A stretch of 64,000 nucleotides of DNA, from NCBI GenBank assembly GCA_024711125.1, contig JANJTM010000077.1:3836-67835 (forward strand), given 5' to 3'. The stretch's first letter is position 1; each line of letters opens with the position of its first letter. The notes under the pieces were generated by a model, which saw nothing but the letters and a program-made list of their open reading frames with translations, did not search any database and was not told where the DNA came from. The translations under genes were made by a program, and so were the position numbers. Of the stretch, positions 1-7,002 are shown piece after piece. Source of the DNA: Rhodothermales bacterium (lineage in GTDB: Bacteria; Bacteroidota; Rhodothermia; Rhodothermales; UBA10348).

Positions 1-203
1 ACGCGAAAGCCCGCCTTTGAGTCCTGTGCCCGGTCGAAAGTGACCTTTTCGGTAAAGCCGTTCGAAACGGCGACCGTTCCGGTAGAGCCGTCGGAGGACC
101 CGGGCACGTTCGCAACCCGTTCCGAATTCCGAAACCCGCCCAACCGGAGCCCCCGCACGGTGTACTTCTCCCAGTACCCGAACCACATCACCCACGCCCT
201 ACC

Positions 204-611
204 ATGAACCGTCGTTTCCTCGCCCTGGCCGCGCTCGTCGTCATCGCCGCGGTCGCGGTTTTCGCCCTGCGCCCGACCGAGCCCACGTTGGCGTCCGGGA
301 TCACACCCGAGCAGCGTGCCTACTTCGAACAGGCCGCCATCGAGCTGAACGTGCCCGTCGAGTCGATCGTCGCGATGTTCGAGGCCGGCATCGAGGCGCC
401 GGCCGAGGCCGCCACCGGAACCATGGGTTCGGGCCCTACCAACTACGAGAAGGCGGTCACGACGTGCTACCGCCCTGGCTCCTACGTCGGTTGGGCTGCC
501 TACGGCCCCTGCGGCACCGGAGCGAACGGGAACGTATGTATCGGCTACCAGGTGGGTTTTCCTGCGGTGGCTCCGTACATGTACATGATCCAGTGCCAGG
601 CGAGCGAGTGA
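204..611 (+). CDS. small membrane-anchored or secreted Cys-containing hypothetical protein
   Basis: 135-aa ORF with an N-terminal hydrophobic helix (LALAALVVIAAVAVFAL). Four Cys lie in the C-terminal third. A canonical hairpin plus T-tract follows 30 nt downstream. Confidence 0.6.
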   Translation: MNRRFLALAALVVIAAVAVFALRPTEPTLASGITPEQRAYFEQAAIELNVPVESIVAMFEAGIEAPAEAATGTMGSGPTNYEKAVTTCYRPGSYVGWAAYGPCGTGANGNVCIGYQVGFPAVAPYMYMIQCQASE

Positions 612-640
612 TCCCGACATCTTTCGAGTCGGAATCGTGG

Positions 641-670
641 GGGCCGCCGGTTCTGCCGGCGGCCCTTTTT
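641..670 (+). terminator. intrinsic terminator of the 204-611 gene
   Basis: Perfect 10-bp GC stem GGGCCGCCGG (641-650) / CCGGCGGCCC (656-665) with a 5-nt loop TTCTG, followed by TTTTT (666-670). Confidence 0.75.
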
Positions 671-701
671 CGTGGCCGCCGCGCCGGCCGAAGCGGCGCC
701 G

Positions 702-1910
702 CTACGTGTCGCGCCGGGGCTCGCGCAGTACCGGGCCGAGCCGCGCGAAGCCGACGGACACGACGAGCGCGATGGTCAGCGCGCCGAGCCACAGCGCTTC
801 GGACCCGAACCCGTCGAGGACCAACCCTCCGACCGCCGGGCTGACCGACGCGGCGAAGGCCCACGCCATGCCGTACGCGCCCTGGTAGGTGCCGCGCAGG
901 TCGTCGGGCGCGAGCTGGGAGACGATCGCCGGTCCGAGCGGAAGCCACGCCATCTCGGCAAACGTCCACACCGCGATCGTCGCCGCGTAGCCGGCCGCCG
1001 TCGAGACGAATGCCGTGGCGCCGTACCCGATGCCGAGTACCACGGCCGACACCGCCAGCACGCGCGCCGTGTCGAACCGCTGCGTGAAGACGCCCATGAA
1101 CGGCTGGAACAGCACGATGAGGACCCCGTTGATCGCGATGAGCGGACCGTAGGCCCCGGGCGACAGTCCGTTCCTCACGACCTCGATGGGCAGCATCGAG
1201 TGGTTCAGGTTGAAGACCCCCGCGAGCGCGAACGTGAGCAGCAGGAAGGCCGCGAAGGCCCCGTGGCGGAAGGGCGCGCCGGAGCCGAGGAGCCACGCGC
1301 GCCGCACGAGGTGCGCGGGCCGGGTCTCGGGTACCTTCCACAGCACGACCAGCCCGTAGAGAAACGTCGTCGTGGCGTCGGCGAAGAACAGGAGATGGAT
1401 GCCGCGGTCGGCCAGGAAGCCCGCGAGCGAGAGCCCGATGGAGAACCCCACGTTGACCACCCAGTAGTGGAGCGCGAACGCGCGCCTGCGGTCTGCGAGC
1501 GGAACGACGTCTGCCACCGCGGCCAGCGCGGCCGGACGGTACAGTTCGTACACGCCTCCGACCACGAACGAGAGCGCCATGATCGCGCCGTGGCTCTCGG
1601 CGAAGGGCAGCGCGACGAGGAAGAGCGGCCCGACGAGCAGGCTGAAGAGGAGCGTGGGACGGCGACCGAACCGGTCCGAAAGCGCGCCCCCCGCCAGGTT
1701 GGCCACCATTCCACCCACCGCGTAGGCCGCCACCGTCAGGCCCGCGTCGGCGATCGAAAAGCCGCGTTCGCGCGTCAGGAAGAGGCTCAGGAACGGCGTG
1801 ACGAAGTTGCCGATCCGGTTGACGAAAATGCCGCCGAACAGGTACCAGAACGTCGGCGGGAGCCCCGAGACGGCCGGTCGGATCCGGCGGGCGGCGAATT
1901 CCGGGAGCAT
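702..1910 (-). CDS. MFS transporter
   Basis: 402 aa and highly hydrophobic with about 12 TM segments. MFS motif-A-like loop GGALSDRFGRRPTLL. Last gene of the minus-strand operon 4340 to 702. Confidence 0.85.
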   Translation of the reverse strand: MLPEFAARRIRPAVSGLPPTFWYLFGGIFVNRIGNFVTPFLSLFLTRERGFSIADAGLTVAAYAVGGMVANLAGGALSDRFGRRPTLLFSLLVGPLFLVALPFAESHGAIMALSFVVGGVYELYRPAALAAVADVVPLADRRRAFALHYWVVNVGFSIGLSLAGFLADRGIHLLFFADATTTFLYGLVVLWKVPETRPAHLVRRAWLLGSGAPFRHGAFAAFLLLTFALAGVFNLNHSMLPIEVVRNGLSPGAYGPLIAINGVLIVLFQPFMGVFTQRFDTARVLAVSAVVLGIGYGATAFVSTAAGYAATIAVWTFAEMAWLPLGPAIVSQLAPDDLRGTYQGAYGMAWAFAASVSPAVGGLVLDGFGSEALWLGALTIALVVSVGFARLGPVLREPRRDT

Positions 1911-1931
1911 GCGGGTGGGCGATCCCCCGGA

Positions 1932-3446
1932 TCAGCGCATCCCGCTGACCAGGTCCGGATAGCGGCGCGCTATCATGGCCCGTTCGTCGGCGGTCAACTG
2001 CGAAATCGGGACAGGAGTGTCCTCCGGCCGCACGCCCTTCTGGTTGATCCGGTTCATCAGGCTCCAGTTGCGGCTGTGTCCGCCCGGCTCGGGATCGGCC
2101 GGCTCTTCGGCGCGCAGGTCGTACCGGGTGAAGTCGATCACCTTTTCCGGCTCGCCGGTCTGCACGTTCCGAAGCAGGGCCAGGCGGAAATCCCGGTTCA
2201 TGAACCAGCGGATCTCCAGGTCCGGGTCGGAACCGCAGACTCCCGTTCCGCGCTGCACGAAACGGTAGTCGATCCCGTCGTTGCTGTTGAACCGATCGCG
2301 CCAGAGCAGCCCGAACTCCCCCTGCGTCACGCAGAGCGCGGATGGCCAGCGGCGCCGCATCTCCTGGAACCAGAGGGCGAGCCCGTCCAGGCCGTTCCGC
2401 CCCCGGTAGCCGTAGATCTGCCGGGCCTCGACAAGGGACATCTCCCAGCACACCGTCACCCAGGCGAACCCGTTGAGTTCGAATCCCCGGTCGAAATGGG
2501 CGGCGGTCGTCGCGACCATTTCCTGCACGCCCAGCTCGGTGCCCTGGCGGATCACCGTCTCGATCGGACCGACCCCCTGCCTGCTTCCGCAGTGAATGCC
2601 GTCGATCAGCCGCTGGCCCGGGTACATGGCCATGAGGAAATCGACCGTCCAGCCGTCGAGGTTGACGCAGTCGATGAAGTCTTGCGGGCCCTGCGCCGGC
2701 TTGCAGAAATGCTCCCGGGAAGGGTAGTAGGGGTAGGAAATCGACCCCTCGCCGTCCCCGTTATCGATCGCGTACTGGCTCCAGATGTTGCCCTGGCAGA
2801 CGTGGATACCCTCTTCCTCGGCCAGGAAACGCAGGTTTTCGGCGGAAAGGAAGCCGGCGATGACGCTCTGCGGCCGGTATCCTCCGCCCACCATGCGGGA
2901 CACCATCTGCAGCCCCTCGTGCAGGTCGCGGTTGACCTGCTCGCGGGTGTTGTACATGTTGGCGAAGTAGCCGCCCGGGATGAACGTGATCTCGTCGCCG
3001 TACCGCTCGTGGTAGGACACGACCAGGTCCCGGAGCTCCCGGTAGTTCGGCCGCTGGTCCTGGAGCGCCAGCCAGCTGAAGGACCAGGTCATGCGGGCCC
3101 CCGGCCAGTTCGCCTCGATGGCCTCGCGGAAGGTGCGCGCGGCCTCCGGCGTGTGGATGGACGCTTCATCCTCACCGTTCGTCACGTCGCGCGACGTCTC
3201 GATCTGGTTGACGCGGACGACGGTGTTGAAGGTGAAGAAGCGGTTGCCGAGGAGGTCGCCGGGCACGGGCGCGAGGTCCGGGCGGCGGCGGTCTGCCAGG
3301 GCGCGGCCGGCCGGCCAGGCCATGCCGGCGAGGGCCGCGGCGGAGAGGGTTCGCAGGGCGTCTCGCCGGGTGATTCCGTGGGGCGGTTTGTTGTTCACTC
3401 GTCGTATGGCCTTGTTGGCGACAGTGTACTCATCCGGGCCTGACAT
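1932..3446 (-). CDS. Tat-exported protein of unknown function (enzyme-sized, about 470-aa mature domain)
   Basis: Track ORF 1932-3638 trimmed to the ATG at 3444-3446 (MSGPDEY...). Twin-arginine signal ITRRDALRTLSAAALAGMAWPAGRALA. Its start overlaps the upstream stop by 1 nt (TAATG). I cannot name the family with confidence. Confidence 0.75.
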   Translation of the reverse strand: MSGPDEYTVANKAIRRVNNKPPHGITRRDALRTLSAAALAGMAWPAGRALADRRRPDLAPVPGDLLGNRFFTFNTVVRVNQIETSRDVTNGEDEASIHTPEAARTFREAIEANWPGARMTWSFSWLALQDQRPNYRELRDLVVSYHERYGDEITFIPGGYFANMYNTREQVNRDLHEGLQMVSRMVGGGYRPQSVIAGFLSAENLRFLAEEEGIHVCQGNIWSQYAIDNGDGEGSISYPYYPSREHFCKPAQGPQDFIDCVNLDGWTVDFLMAMYPGQRLIDGIHCGSRQGVGPIETVIRQGTELGVQEMVATTAAHFDRGFELNGFAWVTVCWEMSLVEARQIYGYRGRNGLDGLALWFQEMRRRWPSALCVTQGEFGLLWRDRFNSNDGIDYRFVQRGTGVCGSDPDLEIRWFMNRDFRLALLRNVQTGEPEKVIDFTRYDLRAEEPADPEPGGHSRNWSLMNRINQKGVRPEDTPVPISQLTADERAMIARRYPDLVSGMR

Positions 3447-3838
3447 TAGACAGCCCGCGCACCGTGCAGCGCCCACAGGATTGCCGCTCCCATCGCTATC
3501 GATGCCAGCCCGATCGCTGGAAGGAAATCCAGGGCTCGCGGTACGGCCCGCTGCGCAAAGGCGCGGTGTGCCCGCCAGGGGACAAGGAGCATGGCGAGCG
3601 AGGTGACCAGGAGGATCCAGCCGCCCGCAGACACCCATTCCGGCCCGGCCATTCGAGGTGCGGAAGTCACCAGCGCCATGCCCACGGCGACCCGGACCGC
3701 GATTTCCGTATAGTGCCGAGCCGGGGTTGTGGCGAAGCCCAGCAAGAACTCGCGGACAATGGCTGGGCGAGCAAGGGCGAGGACGCCAAGGCTGACCAGG
3801 AACAGCCCTGCCAGGGTGACCGTGACCTGGCTAAGCAT
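3446..3838 (-). CDS. small integral membrane protein (about 4 TM), hypothetical
   Basis: Track ORF 3446-3928 trimmed to MLSQVTVTLAGLFLVSLGVLALA. Four hydrophobic segments. The start codon overlaps the 3-prime end of the upstream GNAT gene by 8 nt. Confidence 0.6.
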   Translation of the reverse strand: MLSQVTVTLAGLFLVSLGVLALARPAIVREFLLGFATTPARHYTEIAVRVAVGMALVTSAPRMAGPEWVSAGGWILLVTSLAMLLVPWRAHRAFAQRAVPRALDFLPAIGLASIAMGAAILWALHGARAV

Positions 3839-4340
3839 CCCTGCGACCGGAATGGGGGCTGAACTCGAAATGAAGAGCCGCCAGCGGCACCGCGAACTGA
3901 GCGTATGCAGTCGATGACGGCAGGTCATCCGCTTCCGACTGAACGAACACCAGGTAGGCGCCGCGCTCTATGGCAATTGATTTCACCTTCTCGATCATCG
4001 CGGTAGCGAGACCCCTGCGGCGGTGTTCCGCGTGCACGGCAAGGTCGTAGATGAACAGCTCGCGCCGCTCCTGTTCGAACTTCTTCAATTCATAGGCCGT
4101 CAGGCCGGCAACCACCTGTCCCTCGAGTTCCGCGACGACGAAAAGGCAATCGTCGGCGGCCAACAGTCTCTCCAGATATTCCCGGCCGGGACGTCGGGCG
4201 GAGTACGTTCCCGGCTCCTGGAAAACGTCGGAGAACAGCTCGAGGAGATCGTAGACGGTATCCGCATCCCGGACGCCGAGTTGCCGGAGGGTGTACGACG
4301 GGTTGGCGGGCAGGGGATCATTTGCGGACATGGGAGGCAC
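3831..4340 (-). CDS. GNAT acetyltransferase, aminoglycoside 3-N-acetyltransferase AAC(3)-I-like
   Basis: 169 aa. It aligns by eye over most of its length with AAC(3)-Ia as I remember it: YELKKFEQERRELFIYDLAVHAEHRRRGLATAMIEKVKSIAIERGAYLVFVQSEADD versus [58 protein letters not shown]. Confidence 0.75.
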   Translation of the reverse strand: MPPMSANDPLPANPSYTLRQLGVRDADTVYDLLELFSDVFQEPGTYSARRPGREYLERLLAADDCLFVVAELEGQVVAGLTAYELKKFEQERRELFIYDLAVHAEHRRRGLATAMIEKVKSIAIERGAYLVFVQSEADDLPSSTAYAQFAVPLAALHFEFSPHSGRRDA

Positions 4341-4566
4341 CGACGTCTACACGAGGCCATGCCGTAAAGTAGGTCGTCCGCTGCGATCGTGGGGCCAGGG
4401 GCGGTGGGCCGGGCGCTTCCCGGGCCGTTCCCTCCCTTCCGCATCGGCCTGAAGGGCGGTCTTGTGCACTATCGGTGCCAGAGTGCACATCTTCCCCCGC
4501 CGGCGGGATCGCTGGTGCCCGGTTTCCGCGACCCGGACCTGCCGCAGCATCCCCCGAGAACGCGAA

Positions 4567-4594
4567 CGGCCCGCCGACACTCGCCGGCGGGCCG
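4567..4594 (-). terminator. putative terminator hairpin downstream of the M28 peptidase gene
   Basis: Perfect 10-bp stem CGGCCCGCCG (4567-4576) / CGGCGGGCCG (4585-4594) with an 8-nt loop, 34 nt past the minus-strand stop at 4628. The trailing U-tract is poor (TTCGCGTTCTC on the minus strand). Confidence 0.4.
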
Positions 4595-4627
4595 TCCACG
4601 ATCAGCCCGTGGAAGAACCGCGCACTC

Positions 4628-6250
4628 CTACCGGAACCGCGCGTTCGTCTCCCGATCCGGCAGCGCGCACTCGGGCCACGCCCGCGGCTCGCCGTTCTGC
4701 GGGTTCACGCCGAGGTCGCGCCGGTCGCGCGGGATGCGCGTATCCTCCGAGGCCAGGTACGCGAGGTACGCCGTGAGCGTGGCGTTCGCCTTCAGGTCGT
4801 CGGGCGCGATCTTGTCGAAGGTGTCGCGGTTCGTGTGCCACGTCACCGTGCCGTAGTTGTACCCGGTCGCCGACAGCGAGAAGGCCGGTGCGCCGGCGCA
4901 GATGAACGACGCGTAATCCGATCCGCCGCCGCCGGGCGAGCCCGGGACGTTGAGATCGATGTCTCCGACCAGCATGTTCGGAAGCTTCGAGAACCACCGG
5001 GCGAAGTACTCGCCGGCGCCCGTCAGCCCCTGCATCGAGATGCTCGCGATGCGGCCGGTGCCGTTGTCCTGGTTGAGGAGCATCTGCATGCCCTCGAGGA
5101 CCTCGGGGTGGTCGGCGGCATAGGCGCGCGAACCGATCAGGCCCTGCTCCTCGGCGCCCCAGAGGCCGACGACGATCGTGCGCTTCGGGTTCGGATAGAC
5201 CTTGCGCAGGATGCGCATCGCCTCGAGCATCGTCGCCGATCCGGTGCCGTTGTCGGTCATGCCGCTTGCGCCGTCCCACGCGTCGAAATGGGCCGAGAGC
5301 ACTACGTATTCGTTCGGAAGCTCCGTGCCCGGGATCGTTCCGATCACGTTGAACATCGGCTGCTCGCCGAGGTCGCGCGCTTCGGCGACCGCGCGCAGGA
5401 CGGGGCCCTGGCCCTTGTCGGCGAGGCGATAAACCAGGTTGTAGTCCTCGCACGACAGGTTGAACGCGGCCGCCTTGCGGTTCATCGCGCGGAAAGAGTA
5501 GGTCAGCGGGAAGATCCGCTCGATGCCCCACTCGCCCGTCCAGTAGTTGGTGAGGAAGCCTGCGGCGCCGGCGTCCTCGAGGGCGTCGATGATGGCCTGG
5601 CGGTCCATGCCGATGGCATCGATGCGCGCCGTCCAGGCGTTGCGCGCGGCCGTGCGGGCTTCGTTGAACCGGTCTGCGGCGCCCGGAAGGCCGTTTTCGG
5701 TCCACGAGGCGGCCGTTCGGCAGCTCGCTTCCTGCTGCGTGAGCAGGATGAACTTGCCCTTCGCGTTGGGCAGCCACGCGCGGAACGCGGCTTCGCCTTC
5801 GACGGCCGGCAGCAGCGCGACGCCGCCTTCCTTGACGCCGTTCGTTCCGACCGACCATCCGAGCATCTGGCCTTCGAGCGAGCGCACGCGCGGTTCGACG
5901 AGGTCGATGTGCGAAACGCCGCGCTCCCAGGCGCGCCACGTGCCGTACTGCTCGGGTTTCGCGTCGATGCCCCAGCCCGTCATGGTCGAGACGGCCCAGT
6001 CGACGCCCTTCATGTAGGACGGTGTGCCGGTCATGCGCGGGCCGACGACGTCGGCGAGGTATTGGGCGAGGTCGACGACCTGGGAGTTCTCCATGCCTTC
6101 GGCCCATATGGCCTTGAGCACGGGGTCGTTCGTCGGGAAGTCGGGTCCGGTGGGACGCTGGAATCCGCCCGGGCGCTGGGCGAGCGCGGGGGCGGCGAAG
6201 AGCGCGAGGGTGAGGAGGGAGGCGCCCAGGGCGCGCATCGGGTGTTTCAT
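4628..6250 (-). CDS. secreted M28-family zinc aminopeptidase
   Basis: Trimmed to MKHPMRALGASLLTLALFAAPALAQ (signal peptide). M28 metal-ligand region SAHFDAWDGASGMTDNGTGSATMLE and GLWGAEEQGLIGSRAY. Confidence 0.85.
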   Translation of the reverse strand: MKHPMRALGASLLTLALFAAPALAQRPGGFQRPTGPDFPTNDPVLKAIWAEGMENSQVVDLAQYLADVVGPRMTGTPSYMKGVDWAVSTMTGWGIDAKPEQYGTWRAWERGVSHIDLVEPRVRSLEGQMLGWSVGTNGVKEGGVALLPAVEGEAAFRAWLPNAKGKFILLTQQEASCRTAASWTENGLPGAADRFNEARTAARNAWTARIDAIGMDRQAIIDALEDAGAAGFLTNYWTGEWGIERIFPLTYSFRAMNRKAAAFNLSCEDYNLVYRLADKGQGPVLRAVAEARDLGEQPMFNVIGTIPGTELPNEYVVLSAHFDAWDGASGMTDNGTGSATMLEAMRILRKVYPNPKRTIVVGLWGAEEQGLIGSRAYAADHPEVLEGMQMLLNQDNGTGRIASISMQGLTGAGEYFARWFSKLPNMLVGDIDLNVPGSPGGGGSDYASFICAGAPAFSLSATGYNYGTVTWHTNRDTFDKIAPDDLKANATLTAYLAYLASEDTRIPRDRRDLGVNPQNGEPRAWPECALPDRETNARFR

Positions 6251-6393
6251 GGCGCGGAGAATGGGTTGTGGTCGCCAAGAACGGGCTCGGCGCATCCGGA
6301 AGGATCACGAATCTGCAACATTTTACGCCGGGCGTTGGGCCGGAGCGAGCCCGGGCCCTAAACTCGAACCCTTCCGCACTACGTTTCGAGCCC

Positions 6394-6996
6394 ATGGAAC
6401 GATTCGAAATCCTGCTTTCCCGCGCCGTGCGGGCCCTGGCTGCCGTCGCTGCCGCCGCGCTTCTCGTGACCGCCTGTCAGGCCCCTTCACCGGCAGTCGA
6501 GACCCCGGCCGCCGACACGGCCGCGGCCGATTCCACGTTCGATCCCGAGGCCCGTCTCGCCGAGCTGGGCATCACGTTGCCCGGACAGGGCGCGCCGATC
6601 GCGAACTACGTCAACGCGGTGCGGACGGGAAACCTGCTCTTCCTTGCCGGTAAAGGCCCCTCGCTGCCCGACGGTGGATACGTGACGGGCAAGATTCCCA
6701 CGGACCTGGCCATCGAGGACGGTTACGAAGCCGCGCGCCTGACGGCGATCCAGCACATTTCCGTGCTGAAATCAGAGTTGGGGGATCTACGTCGCGTACG
6801 CCGCATCGTCAAGGTGACCGGCATGGTGAATTCGGCGCCCGACTTCACGGCGCAGCCGTCCGTGATCAACGGCTATTCGGACCTCATGGTCGCCGTATTC
6901 GGGGATCGGGGCCGCCATGCACGCGCGGCGGTCGGCATGGCGTCGCTTCCGATGGGTATGGTCGTGGAAGTGGACGTCGTCGTCGAGGTCGAGTGA
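6394..6996 (+). CDS. RidA/YjgF-family protein with an N-terminal lipoprotein-type signal
   Basis: Track ORF 6268-6996 trimmed to MERFEILL... Hydrophobic signal ending LLVTAC (lipobox-like). C-terminal 130 aa are RidA-like (NYVNAVRTGNLLFLAGKGP ... ARAAVGMASLPMGMVVEVD). Confidence 0.75.
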   Translation: MERFEILLSRAVRALAAVAAAALLVTACQAPSPAVETPAADTAAADSTFDPEARLAELGITLPGQGAPIANYVNAVRTGNLLFLAGKGPSLPDGGYVTGKIPTDLAIEDGYEAARLTAIQHISVLKSELGDLRRVRRIVKVTGMVNSAPDFTAQPSVINGYSDLMVAVFGDRGRHARAAVGMASLPMGMVVEVDVVVEVE

Positions 6997-7002
6997 CGCC
7001 GA

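Noticed and set aside
457-3443. Long ORFs 457-2451 (-) and 672-3443 (+), 664 and 923 aa
   Set aside because: They overlap the MFS and Tat-protein genes in other frames or antisense. Their composition is Arg/Pro/Gly-rich with no motifs. They are GC-driven shadow ORFs.
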